A stretch of DNA of 64,000 nt from Schmidtea polychroa. Its lineage: Eukaryota. The position numbers were made by a program, and so were the translations under genes. Where the stretch lies: the NCBI GenBank assembly GCA_044892525.1, contig CM097885.1, positions 50,470,001-50,534,000 of the forward strand. The letters run 5' to 3'. The notes beneath the pieces are model-generated. The model worked only from the letters and a program-made list of their open reading frames with translations. It was not told where the DNA came from and did not search any database. Below are positions 25,545 to 39,375 of the stretch, in pieces (position 1 is the first letter of the stretch; every line of letters begins with the position of its first letter).

Positions 25545-27372
25545 TAGTTAAACATACATGGCAATGATTTAACAATAAGAAAACGCCAATCAAAAATTCT
25601 TTTCGCGATATATTTCGACATTTTTCCAGTCATCATCAGGTGGGATATAATAACTATATAAATTAAGGATTTTAAACAAATTTATTAATTTGATTAATTA
25701 TATAAAAATTTTTTTTTATTTAATAAAAGCATTTCAATTTTTTAAAATCATAATTAAAATTAAAATTATATATTATTTTTAAAAAATTTTTTAACATTTA
25801 TAATTTAATTTAACAATTTTAAAAATTTTTATTAATTAATTAATTTAACAACCAACAATCAATACATAAAATATACAAAAAATTATTTAAAAACATTTAA
25901 AACACAAGTATTCACTGCATTCTGCACATTAATTTTCGGATTCAAAGACTATCAATAACGCCTAACAAATTGCACGTTCCAAATAATTATCGAATTTTTT
26001 AATAACATTTTAAAATCAGACACACCTTTTTTACTCTTACAGCCCTTATTGTGCTCACTAATATTGGTCAATGCCTTCGGTCTATAATGTTCTCGAGCTC
26101 GAGTACAGAGATGACGGGAAGTATTTCCAATGTATGTGGCATTACACCCATTTCATGTAAACTGGTAAACGAGATCGGAACACAATTCGAACGGAGTCTT
26201 AGACTTATTAATAAACATATTGCGTACTTTCCATGAAGTTGACACTATCCTATAGTTTAAATTCTCTAACTGCTTTCTTATATTCACTTTATAATCCCTA
26301 AAACGTTCTGAGTACGGCAATACCAACACAAATTTAGCCTCATCATCCTTGCTCACACTATTTAATTTATTTAACTCATTAGACTCACACACCTCAACAA
26401 CATCACACCCAGATTTTCTCAAAGATGGATCCTTCGTATTTTTAATAAATTTGTCAACATTCTCTTTTACCATAATTAATAATATGAATTTTGAATAACC
26501 GTTCTTAATTAACAATTCAACCAATTTGTCAACACTTTTTACAGAATTTTAAAAAGTAGAAGACAAAGACCATGAACGATAAATCAAACCCTTCACCATA
26601 TTTCTTTTATACTTGAATTCACAAAAACTTTCAGATGAAGTATAGAGACCAGTATCAGTTGGTTTTCTATAAATCTCTGTCTCATAGTGTTTCTCTTTGC
26701 GTTGTATTAACAGATCAAAGAAAGCAAGTGATGATTTTTTCTCCGTTTCACATGTGAATACAATGTTTTTATGTAGACTATTCATATAATGCAAAAACGG
26801 ATCAACATGCCTCTGATTTTCAAATAAAAGAAAAATATCATCCACATACCGTTTATAAACAGTGGGTTTCATACCTTGGAAAGATGCAATTTTCTTTTCT
26901 AAGCTTGTTAAAAAATTGAAGCCATCGTTGGTGCTAAAGGGAGAATCCATAGAAACCCCATCTATTTCTTGATACCATTCATTATTGAAAGAAAATTGAT
27001 TTTTGAAGTAGAAAATTTAAGAAGTTCACGAAATGCTCTTTCATCCAAAATATGATGTTAAGAAATGTTTTCATTCCATAAGAAGCAACATAATTCAATT
27101 GTTTCAACCAATGGTACATTAGTAAACAGACTACAAACATCAAACGAAACCATAATTTCATCCACACTTTGTCCATCATAATGTGCAATGCATGAAACAA
27201 ATTCAAAACTATCTGTACATTCAAATTCTGATCGTATTAATGGTTTCAATAATTGAAAAATTTGGCTATTTTATACTGGGCAGTACCAATCATGGATAAA
27301 ACAGGTTTCATAGGCACGCCGTCTTTATGGATTTTTGGAAGCCCATACATTTTTGCTGGTTGTGATTGGCAT
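25545..27372 (-). mobile_element. 5'-truncated, degenerate Penelope-like retroelement (RT, GIY-YIG remnant, 3' terminal repeat)
   Basis: MVSFDVCSLFTNVP, YKRYVDDIF, IYRKPTDTG, VYQFTC...YIGNT motifs; flanked by (TTC)n and (ATT)n. Confidence 0.9.
25604..25642 (-). ncRNA. Minimal type I hammerhead ribozyme motif in the Penelope terminal repeat
   Basis: CAC-CTGATGA-T-GAC(9)GTC-GAAA-TATATC-GCG. Confidence 0.65.
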
Positions 27373-27411
27373 TTTCTTCTTCTTCTTCTTCTTCTTCTTC
27401 TTCTTCTTCTT

Positions 27412-27495
<84 letters not shown>

Positions 27496-28269
27496 TTATA
27501 ATTATAATTATTATTGTTATTATTATTATTGTTATTTATTATTGTTGTTATTATTTTTATTATTAAATAGTTATTTATAATAATTGTTTAAAAAAGATTC
27601 GGAACGAATATAGGTTTTAGTATTTAGATGAACACAAATCCAAAACAGAAATTATTATTTGTCAAAGGTGACAATACTTTTATCACTTTATGTTCATTTT
27701 CAATACAACTTTGCTTTTCTCTTTATAATTCCTTCCAGTAACGCCACAAGTATCAATTTTCAGTAATAATTTTAAAAGGTAAGAACGAAATATGAAAGTA
27801 CTAAGTAGTTAAGAGTTTTGGTGTAAAAGTTACAAAGTGATATCACATAGTGTGAAAAAAATAATGAATAAATCAAAATGAAACAAATAATTCAGTGTCA
27901 AAATGTGAATGAAATATACAAATCCTTGACAGACATTTCAGAGTTACGATATATGAAACATTTATTCTAGACAATGTTTTATTTTCCCTTGGTAATTGTT
28001 AACCATTGATTTTCACTAAACTTCAGAAACCTCACCAATAAGTAGAACAACTAAGATAAGCAGAAATGATATAATATTTGGTTTAACATTGCATATAATT
28101 GAAATCTTGTATAATAAGCCAGGAAATTTAAAAGTAAAAAACAATGTGTGGTTTAGAGTGTTGATTGAAATGCACCAACCACCACGCAATATGTGTCAAT
28201 TCAAAGTTGTTGTTCCCCCCCCTCCCCAAAAATCTTGATTTTCTACTACATAATTTTTATCAATTAAAC

Positions 28270-28472
28270 GAGGGGTTCTCAAACTACCAGACTAGTAAAG
28301 AGGGGGCTGAAGAGCAAATAAAAATATCGACTTATCTCATTCTGTTTTATATACAAGATATTTAATTTAAAATTACAAAACAATCAGAAAAAACGCAAAA
28401 TAAATCAATATTTTTAAAGCTTTCTTCGATCCATCTAAACTCAGTCTGCAATCCACATTTTGAGAACCTCTG
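28270..28472. mobile_element. hAT-type MITE
   Basis: TIRs AGGGGTTCTCAAA / TTTGAGAACCTCT; imperfect 8-bp TSD. Confidence 0.6.
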
Positions 28473-29073
28473 GATAAAACTGTATAAATTAAATTTTTAG
28501 ATCTCAGCTTTTCGCATCAATTGAACATTTAACCATTTCTTTAATTCTCCCATGACTTGCTTATTTCCTTTTCGCTGAGATAAATATATTCGCTATTTTA
28601 CAGCATTTGTAGTATTATTTTCTCTTTACTATATTGGTCAGTCTTTCAAATTTAATTTTCCACGTCAATTTTGAATTGCACAGATTGTGTTACCCCTCCA
28701 ATCTGAGCCAGGCACCCAAAATTCAGAATGTCATATTAGAGAATATAATAATATTCGAATTTCATAAGCGAGATATATAAGTGAGATCGTAAGACTTTTA
28801 GGCCCTCTATTCAATTTTTTCTGTTTGTATTGATATAAATTAATTTATAATTCTTTGAAAAGTCAAATAAATAAATAAAATTGTCAAACTACTTACTAAT
28901 AAATTGTATAATCAATTTTGATTCATTTCATCAAAATGATGTTTTATTAAATATAATTAATTTTAATAATAAAAAATTAATTTATTAATTATTTCTTACA
29001 ACAAATTATTGCTCATTTATTATTTTCGAAATTTTTAAGTTAAAAGATAATTTTGTGAAAATATTATTCTCAC

Positions 29074-29249
29074 ATATTTTCAATCTTTTCTGATAAATTC
29101 GTAGAAAATCGTAAGAATTGTTTTCCTTTTTTAGTGAATCCCAAAATATTAGTATCGATTGCCAGATATAATTTTTCTTTAATTTGACCAGTAGATCCAC
29201 CCAATACGAGCTGTAGGATTTTTATGCCAAGTTCTTGTTTAAAAATCAC
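29074..29249 (-). CDS. BBS7: BBS7 exon 3
   Basis: AG/GT bounded, phase 0/2; VIFK...LVLGG...GFTKKGKQFLRFSTNLSEKIEN. Confidence 0.92.
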
Positions 29250-29292
29250 CTGTTATTTTAATATAAAATAGAAATTATGCACGATAAATTAC

Positions 29293-29427
29293 TTTAGATT
29301 GAAACTTTTTCATACCGAAAACCTGGATTAAACCATTATAATCTCCAATAACAATTTTTTGAGATAAATGCGAACTATCCGATGAATTTTCAATTAGTTT
29401 TGCACATCCTTTATTAATAATACCGGT
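29293..29427 (-). CDS. BBS7: BBS7 exon 2
   Basis: AG/GT bounded, phase 0/0; TGIINKGCAKLI...QKIVIGDYNGLIQVFGMKKFQSK. Confidence 0.9.
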
Positions 29428-29476
29428 CTAATATAAAAACTTTAAATTAATTTAAAATTATTATTATTTAAGATAC

Positions 29477-29512
29477 TTGAATATAATTAATTTTTTGTAA
29501 TGTAAAGTCCAT
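29477..29512 (-). CDS. BBS7: BBS7 exon 1 (MDFTLQKINYIQ)
   Basis: ATG at 29512, 36 nt, GT donor; resembles the BBS7 N-terminus MDLILNRMDYLQ as recalled. Confidence 0.85.
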
Positions 29513-29769
29513 ATTAAAAAATTTTAAAATAATGTTGGTCACCTATGTAATCACAATAACGATTATTTAAACAACTTCGCTTAAATAAAATGATGAAAAT
29601 TCTAATTGTTTATTTTTAAATGCTTATATAGGATTCTTAATTACTAATGGATATTAATATGTAAAAAATGAAAATATTTTTTCGCTGTTTTCAAGACTTT
29701 TATTAAAATATCAAAATTCAAAATGAAATGGAGTAAATTTATATACAAAAATTAAAATATATTGATTCG

Positions 29770-30300
29770 TAAGTCATAGGCTATTGGTGAAAATGCTATT
29801 CAAATGTTATTCAAATGCCTCACTTAGATAATAAGTCTCGTCTTGCTTTCTAGAGTAATTGTAACCAGATATTTGGTAATAATCTTTTCAGAGAGTCGAT
29901 CAATAGAGAAATCTTCTTCGCATTGTGACGAAAGACGTTTAAATGCTTTTATACTAAAAGTTGAACACATAATATTGATAGATGAAGTAATATTTATCTT
30001 TGTAAACCAGTACTGCTGGACTTTTGAATTTATTGACTATATAATTAGAAAAACACTAAGAATGGTAAGGCAAACTGAGTTGCCGATATCGGTCGATGTT
30101 AAAATTTATGCCTATTAACAAGGCTAACCAACTAGAAGATTTTTATTGTCTATACTTGCCATCTAGTACTATATCAAAGTATCAGGAAGATTTCTCGACA
30201 GAACATTTATTCAGATTTGATTTCTTAAGAAGATGAGCTTTGGAACATATTTAATTATTAGTTATTTTTACTTGATCACATTTTGTTTGCAACTAATGGA
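29770..30300 (+). pseudogene. Possible hAT-like transposase relic just upstream of BBS7
   Basis: LPISVDVKIYAY resembles LPIDVE...KIYxYF; heavily degraded. Confidence 0.35.
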
Positions 30301-30399
30301 TTAAGTATATTATTAAAACTTTAAATAATATTTTAAATATTCAAATATTTTTATGTAACATCTAATTTTTTTAAAAAATCAATCCCCCTTATCTAGGTT

Positions 30400-30860
30400 T
30401 CATGATGGTCAAGACTAACCATTAATTAACGCTTTTTTTTAAATAGCAGCCGATAGATTTGTCTGGAAAACATAGAGTTTAGTTTCAAAGATTCATAGAG
30501 TTTGTATTATTCCAAAGCTATTATTAATAGGAAATGTTTAAATATAAAAAAATAAGCGACATCAGAAATGTGATTCTTATTTTTAGCTAGACAAAAGCAA
30601 TTGAACAGTCCTGTTTCATCAGCACTAAAATATATCTTGGTGCATATTGTGCAATTAGAGTAGGAATACCAGTTTGCTCCCAATATTCAGCGATCTTCAA
30701 ATAAACACTGTGATGTTTCCCGCAAACTCATCTATATAGCACAGTGGCTATTCTTGAAACGATCTATTCAGCTATTTGATGCAGTAAACCCTTCGATATT
30801 TAATCGAGACTTGTGTAAACAAACGTGTAAACGGGGCTACATTGTTTTACTTACTGCAAC
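30400..30860 (-). pseudogene. pogo/Tigger transposase relic
   Basis: Hand translation gives FTASNS*IDRFKNSH and FSADETGLF. Confidence 0.65.
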
Positions 30861-31962
30861 TATAAGATAAGAAAAACAAAACATCTTTTATAACAAATTA
30901 TTAATTTGAACTACGACATAGATCCACTGGCTATATACTATCTAAATAATTATACTACGAATCCATATATTGTCTTTGTAGATTGAACAAAGATTCGACA
31001 GGTCCTTATCAAGAACAATTTCGATTCATGAAACATCCGAACTCTCTCTGGTCTTTGCCTGCTTTTTTACCTGATAGACTATTTAAAAGATTCAAAATGA
31101 CAAGCTTGTTACTTTGAAGGTCTCAAATTCCTTGGTCATAACCTTCTTATCAAAGTTTTCGTTCATTGAAGTATCAAAGGTTGTATGGAGTTTTCCGTTA
31201 AATTTAACGTTAATTGAAAAGTCCTTTAATTTCTTGGATAGTGTTTCAATGGAAAATGTTTTCGCTGAGAGCGATAAATTAAATGTTAGTACAGATGCGT
31301 GTTGGACACATGTATTACTATTTCAGTTTGCCTTATCCTCTTTGTTGTCAACAGATAGTGTAAAATTTATAAAGATGAATAGAATGATATATAAAAAGAT
31401 GTTCAAAATTCAAAAAATTCAAAAATTCAAGTGATTCATTATTTCTAGATGATTTAGCAGCGACTGGATGCTTCGTTTAACGTTCAATGTAATTTGTCAA
31501 AAAGAATTTTCTCTCATTTCAAAATTCTTATCGTTTTGAGATGCTCAGCACAAAGGAAATTAACTAATACAACCTCACCGTAGTGTCAGAGTGCCTGAAT
31601 ACACGAAAAGATTTTTCATTGTGAACATAGTTCACCAATAGATTTCAGGTCACAGGAAAACCATCAATTTAACAGAATAGTCAACAACTCGTAACAAAAC
31701 ATATGGGAACAAGAAGTACGTCTTCGATAACCTGGCCAAGAGGCTAAACTTTTTATTATACTAAAAAGATAACCTTTAGTACAAATTGGATTAAAGAGTT
31801 AAGACAGTTTTCAGTTTAGGTTGCGTGATACTTGAAGTGAAAGTTAATTGTCAACTATTCTCTGTGAAGATATGGGTTCAACCAATAAAATTCGTCCACT
31901 TCCATCTTTGCTGCATTAAATTTGGTTCAATAGCCAATTAATTCCATTTTTTCTATATTTTT

Positions 31963-32183
31963 ACTATGAATAAATAAATATATCGATGTTTGTTGATATT
32001 TGCGAATTTTCGGCACTGCCTTTTTCAAGTGAATTTCATGTTCAAATTGTTGATCAGATTCACTTGAAAAAGGCAGTGCGGAAAATTCATGAATATCAAA
32101 AACATCGATATATTTACTGATTCATAGTCAAGCTTTTTGATAAATACAATGTCAATGGAAATTAAATCAGGGGTGAAATTTGA
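31963..32183. repeat. Fold-back repeat (imperfect palindrome); family also at ~1690-1780, 18900-19005 and 41525-41575
   Basis: ATATCGATGTTT...CACTGCCTTTTTCAAGTGAAT is the inverse of ATTCACTTGAAAAAGGCAGTG...AAACATCGATAT. Confidence 0.75.
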
Positions 32184-33863
32184 TAAGAAAGTTCTTTTAA
32201 TTTTCTATATTTGTTTTTATTTGCTATTTGATTTTAATTCGTTAAGAGTCTGATATTTTAAGTTTACTTTAAATTGATCAATGTTCGTGCGTCACTATGA
32301 TGTTTCTTGGTATTTTCAAAGGTCTTATTAATTAGGTTTTTTCTTATAAGATTCTTGTCTTCCTATTTAAGATTCAACACAATCAGTTTTAATTTCCATA
32401 CAGTATACACAGATTCTGCCGTTCAACAATAATATTTTAGTCTAAGGGCAGGTGTTTTCAAAGAAGACCACTACCTTTTCATTCCTTTCGTATCTGATCA
32501 TTGAAAATCAAATATTTCAAAGGTTTTTGAGAAAATTTAACAGTTTTTCTTTAACCTTAAATAACAAATTAGAAAGATTTTGCGTTTACTTATATAAGAC
32601 CAAACTGGCATTAACCAAACTAATATTAATCCATGATTCTATTTTTCTAAGGCTTTATATAAAATATATTAATAAAAAATAAAATTATTTTACTACCATT
32701 TGGTAGCCCACTTTAATGTCTGTATAGCTCCGCAATTTTGTTTTCTGCTAAAATATTTATTCAAGAAATACTGTTCATGATTTGAATTAATTTAATATTT
32801 TTATTGTTTTATTGACTTTTCCTAATTTCCTTATAATATTTGTATTCAAATTTTCATTTTTCATGTCTCCCTCAGAGATGTATTGGTTTTTCGATTTTTC
32901 AAAATTTTAATCAAATTTTCCTTTAAATTTACTCATTGATATATTGCCAAAAATTAAATAATATATCAAATCTACTCATAAATTGTATAATTGGGGTAAA
33001 ATTGTTCCTCGTATTAAAGTTCTAAGATTATTGGTGCTAATAGCAAAGTCACTCAATGGGATTGAGTTTTTCAAGAAAGTACCAATGAGAATCAAATAAA
33101 CTCAAAGCTTCTCTGCCATTAGAAATTGCATTGAATATCACATTATAAACTTTATTTCAAAAAATTTCAATATTATAAATAATTCCTAATAAAACTTTAG
33201 TTTCGTGTCATTAATATCATTATTGCCTCACTAGTCTAATATAGTTCAGTCTATTAAAAATAATATGCCATTAAATTCCACGCCAACAACAAAGCATTAT
33301 TCCCAGCGTCCATTCCTTGTTGACATTGCATATAGATTGACTGCTGAAATCAGTGCTCATATTTCCGTTACCCAAACAATGGACTGAGGCAATTTCCCCT
33401 AAAGTAGCTAATGCATCACACAGGAAATTTCATTTATTGCTCTGCTTTTTACTCTGTTAGTCATGGAGAACATATTAATATAGTTTACTGAAAACTTTTG
33501 CAATATTCTTTATCATCCGAAAACTCTCTTGATTGTTTATATTAATTGGAAGAATTTTCTGAAAGGTAGGTAAAATATTTATTTTATAATCATTAAATAT
33601 AAATTAATTTAAATAAATAATTGTGAATATCGCGTGAAAACATCATGTATCAACATTTCCAATTTCAGATGTTAAATTAGTCTATTGAACGTATATTCAA
33701 ATAATAAGTAAGAGATTTTGTTCTTTTTTATAAATACAGTTTAATATTTTTTTTTAAAAATAAGTAATTAAATTTATTTAATTTAATCAAAATTTTATTT
33801 TGAAAATATATTTTAATCTTAAAAAAGCAACCTTGATTTGTATAATAATTTTAGTGATTTTGT

Positions 33864-34010
<147 letters not shown>

Positions 34011-34892
34011 ATATGGTATTTTTTATTATATATTTAACAAAACTAAACATCCATGCAACGTTTTCCTTTGCGGAACTCTTTTACAAACTCATCGAAGGAT
34101 ATCGAAATTTCTGCCAGTCACCTCTCCTGTCAATGCGCCTAATATATATCATATTTCTGCGATTTTCAGAGAAAAATTATGGTTTCTCAGTTTTTGCCCA
34201 ACACTAGCTATGAAAAAAATATTACAATAAAAAATCGACATATACAATATAACGACGGATTTATTGTAACCTTGAATGAGATTTTCTGCAAAGTGTAAAG
34301 CAGTAAAACGGTAAACTATGACCCATGGGTCACATAATGACCCAAAGCATCATTTCATGTTACCCGCTTCGAAATTGTAAAGTAGTTACCAAATTAATAA
34401 ATCTATTTTTTTTACAACAATTGTATATAAAATTGAAAATTTGTTTAGATTTTTTTTAAATTTTAAAAATTTTCTACTTACTCATTACGAGTTAGAATAA
34501 ATCTTGTTTCAGGCGCGTTTTACCCACGACCAAAATAGCTTGCCGACCGCTGGTGTAGCGACTTGTAGAAAGTCTTTTACAAAATAATAAAGCCAACACT
34601 AATGCCACTTTCAATGCAATATATTATGAAACATATTTAAATGAAATAAAACAAAAATTAAAAGAAATTAAATTAATTATAAGTTATATCAAGTATGAAA
34701 GAAATTCACAAAGATTTGGACAAAAAAGTAGGAGTCATATTTCATGACTAGCAATAGAAAATGCAAAAATAGACACCTTCAATATTTATTCAAAATAATT
34801 GAAATTATTACGATTTTTATGTAATAATTATTTAATAAATTTTTTTATATAAAATTAACAATTAGTAAAATAATTTAAATAATTTCAATTAA

Positions 34893-35071
34893 CCGTTTGC
34901 GGACGAAATTAATTTATTAATATATCATTTTTTAGCATAAAACTTTTTAGTACACGAATGCTTGATATCGTGTTATGATTTTTTTAAAGTTTGGCCAGCA
35001 CAGCTGATACATTGTTAAACATCTGGAAGCAAATTCGTGGCCAAAATCTCTTGCCTACCGTCCGCAAACGG
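34893..35071. mobile_element. piggyBac-type MITE
   Basis: Perfect 13-bp TIR CCGTTTGCGGACG; TTAA TSDs. Confidence 0.88.
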
Positions 35072-35090
35072 TTAATAACAACAGTTAGTA

Positions 35091-35195
<105 letters not shown>

Positions 35196-38100
35196 CTAAA
35201 TTTAAAATACAGTAAAATGTTGATAAATTAAGTTTTTACCATAATTAAAGTACAAATATTTTAACAAAAAAAATTAGGACTGTTTAAACCATGCTATAAA
35301 TCATTTGATATTAAACAAAAGTTAAAATTATTTAATAAATAAACTCTCAAATGTCTCCGTTTATGATAGATTTGTAGTTTATTCTGTTTAACATTACCAA
35401 TATTAAATGAAAAGATGGTATCATTAATATTTACAATTAATATTTAAAACCGACAGGTTTATTGAATTTGCGTCTAATTTTTATTGGTTATTGGAGTTTT
35501 TTTTTCTTTTTGAACTCATTGCATTTAAGACATCCATTAATAATTAGGAAATGTGAATAAAGTAATATTTTTTTTATCACAGAGTTAAATAAGCAAATTT
35601 CAAGGAAATTCAAAAATATATATACTCAGCAAAGATTTCATTCATTCATTCAACACAACATTCTGGTTTTTATTTATTATTTTTATATATATTAAAAAAA
35701 GCTTTCAACCTTTTATGAAAACGTTAAATAAATTTACTTTTAAATTCGTTTCTTGTCATTTTAAATTCTTTTAAAAGAATTTATATTCAATAATTAATTT
35801 TCTAAATTCTTATCTCTTAACATCTTTGAGATTTAATATTTTTTATATTTAACATCTCAAATTGGTCATAAAAATAATTTCAAATTATAAAAATTAAATT
35901 TATATTCCAATGATTAATTATTACTGCTTAAACCGACTGGTGAAAAATTAGTTGTTAAAATTAAATTAATTTTTTCTAGAAAATATCAATTGTGATATAA
36001 AATTTCAAATTAAATTATTTAAAATAGGAAAATATACCTTCTACATAAAAGGTTTTGAAAAATATTTTGACATTTATTAAATAAAAAATATTGTAAAGAT
36101 TTTTTGAGACCATACAGGTATTTATATTTATTTAAAATTTCTGAAAGACTCAAGAATCGAAATCCTTGTGAAAATGTTTAAATGGATGGAGAATTGAAAA
36201 AAAAGAGATTAGTGAGAAATATTTTGTAAAATATTAAAAAAATGAAAACATAATTAGTAAAGAATTAAATAACGTGAAAAAAAGAAAATTAAAAGAGATG
36301 AAAAATTTACATCAATACACAACCAAGTCTGTGATACTTATTTTTATATTTATAATATATTATTTACATTTTTATCAAGTTCTTGTTAAGTATGTAAATG
36401 TAAAATTGCCATATGTTTGTTTTAAGGTAATATATTTTTAAGTATCATTTAAATAAATAATATTAAAAATATTTCATCTTAAAATAGGTCATGTTAATTC
36501 CAAAGAGATTTAACTGATACTTCTCACATCTCTTTTCTCTAATTCTTTCTTTCTTTTCTTGTTCTAAATCTATATTATTCCAAAAAAGATAACAATATGG
36601 GGCATTACTTATTTAAATCAAATTAAAAAACAACAATAGCTCATTATTAATAATAAGAAATTTTAATTAATTAAAATAAATATTTGTGGATATTTATTTT
36701 CATTAAAAAAGATTTTATTAAAAAATAACTTTCAAAATGACAATGCTAAAATAATAATAAAATTAATTTCAAAAAATTCATCGGATTTATTACAATGGTA
36801 ATTTTTAACTGTAAATAAGATTTATTTTTATAAATTGTAAATAATATGATTTGTCCTAAAAACACAATTACAAAATAAAATTTACATTATATTTATTATT
36901 AAAGGTTTTGTAAGTAAAATGTTAAATAAATTCCAGTTCACTGAAAATTCGGGATCGTTGATAATATGGATCACAACTATTTTGATCGAGTCATAAATGC
37001 ATTTATTGTTATGAATTGAATGACATGTAATTGCAATAAAAAAGATACATTTATCGCATTTACCATTAAATGTTTCGATGTTGTTAGATTTTCATTCTGG
37101 TGGTTCATTTTATGTATATTAAAATAACCATTTTTGATTTATTGGAATGTGGTAATTAAGATAATTTATACTTTTTGTTTAAATGTTGATCTGAATAAAA
37201 TTAATAAAATTTAATTTAACATTAGTTTACTTCTTTATGTTTGATTACTATCATTATATTTTACTTTAATGTGTTTTATCATTCGATTCAATCACATACC
37301 TTTACTAAAAGTTTTTGAATTATAACTTCCCCACTCTAGTGAACATTTGCTATTTAAATTTTAATTTAAAATTTAATTCAAACATATTAATTTTAATTGA
37401 ACAAGGAGATGCGATATTTAAATATAATTTTTTAAAATTTTCCCAAAAATGTAAGACAATTTACCAAAGAATTTATTACAAAAGAAATTTGGTCATCTCG
37501 CTTTTTGTAAATTATGTGTACCGTTTGTTCGAAACGGTACTAAAGCTAGAAAACATGTCTTGGAGCTCTAATCGATTTAAAATCTAAGGTGCAAGAAATA
37601 ATAAAGAAATGCTTCATTAAAACCAAAAATGCGGAATTTATTAATAACTCTTCTTAAAATGAGATCATTAAAGTTAAAAAACTTGATTTATCAATTTGAC
37701 GGTGCGTATGTTTTTACCTTATTAGTAAATAAAATTAGATGAACCAGGGACATTAATAAGGATAATAAACATGAAAACAACAAATAAACCTTTATTATAT
37801 GAGCCAGATTTAACCGTCGCCTGTAACGGTTATGTGTTTTTTAAACAATCTTCAAAAAAGAATTACATTTAATGTGATAATTGAATATCTTTGCCTTAAA
37901 ACCTATAAGAACTGTTACAACTTTTCTAAAAAGGTGAGTTGAAATTCCATGACTCTGTCAATACATTCTATCATCTTAAAGATGATATGTACCCACCTTG
38001 ACAAATGAATGAAATTTACTGTGAATTCATATAAAAATAATTTTGTCTTTTCTCAATAACCATAAACCAGAATTACTCCATAGACAAAAGTTAGAAAAAG

Positions 38101-39159
38101 AAATAAGATTAAAATTATAATGTATATATGTAAATAAATACATCATGTGTTATATATGTAAATTAAAACAAAATTCTACATACGTAAAACATAAACGTTT
38201 ATTTATTTAGAATACTCTCTCTCTCTCTGTATAATATTATCCAAGACACTTTATTTAATTTTAATTAAAAAAGACAAAAATAAAATTCCTTTATGTTTAT
38301 TTATGTCAAAACTTCATACATGAATTTTTTTAAATTTAACTTTAATTTATTTAATATTATAGATGGTGCTAAATATTTCATCAAATATTTTCTATATTTT
38401 ATTTTAAAATGAAATTATTCTCTGGTCTAAAGGTTTAATTAAAGATGTTGTTGTTGGTGGCAAGAAATACAGGATTATATTGAAAACTCAATAATGGGAT
38501 GAATTGGGCAAATTTATTGTTCAAACCTTGAGGCCTTTGTATATAAATATATAAGGCGAAAAGTTATTTCCAGCAATATTAATTTGTATAAAGTTATAAG
38601 AAAATAGACAATAATATTTAATTTGAAATAGAATGCTGAAAATTTCCAATTAATTAAAGATTAGTAATAATTTTATTTTATTTTTAAAATATTTTTCTAC
38701 AGAGAATTATCATTTATTTTCAATTCGAAATTATACTATGACTGAACACTTAATTTTTTTTGTAAATCAGATTTCTCATATTTAATCAGTGTTTTAATTA
38801 ACTCAAACTCAAAAAATTAATTAAATATTAATAATTTTATGTCAATAAAGTTAAATTTATTGTTTAGTAAATTTTTGATTTAACGCCTTTAAATTTTAAT
38901 TGGACTTTTGTAGATTGACAACTTGAATTGAAAAATCGAATTTTCACAATTTGTTTTTATTATTATCCAATAGATTTTCAATACGATAACAAAACGCGCG
39001 TGCTTAAAAATTTTTAAATCTACCTTCAACATTCAATGAAATAAGTATGTATGAAAATGACAATATTTTTCGTGAGTAAATTGTTCAGAAAATCCGATAA
39101 TATATGAAATTTATAGCAGTAATAAATAAAAATTATCTATAATAATATTGGTGTTCTCA

Positions 39160-39375
39160 TTCAGCTCTAATCCGACCCCACCGCCCTTACCGATTGTGAG
39201 CCAAACAAGTGTAAATATACGATAACAACATCAATTAATGTTGAATTAATGTTCAATAAATACAACACGCGATTTTAATAATTTTTTTATATTTACTCAT
39301 TTATTAAGTCAAATACCAGACATTCTCATAAGTCCAATGATTTTATGCTTTCTCTCGTTCTCGGTTTCCGTAAGT
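39160..39375 (+). promoter_or_regulatory. Possible promoter and non-coding first exon of the KH-domain gene
   Basis: Local GC-rich patch (CCGACCCCACCGCCC), donor GTAAGT at 39370, matching acceptor TTTTATCAG at 42189 upstream of the ATG. Confidence 0.3.

Noticed and set aside
30900..31930. Possible degraded DNA transposase (IER...NEASSR fragment on the minus strand) and ORF 31114-31434
   Set aside because: Too degraded to assign by eye.
33000..33560. Possible second pogo/Tigger relic
   Set aside because: No diagnostic motif could be read with confidence.
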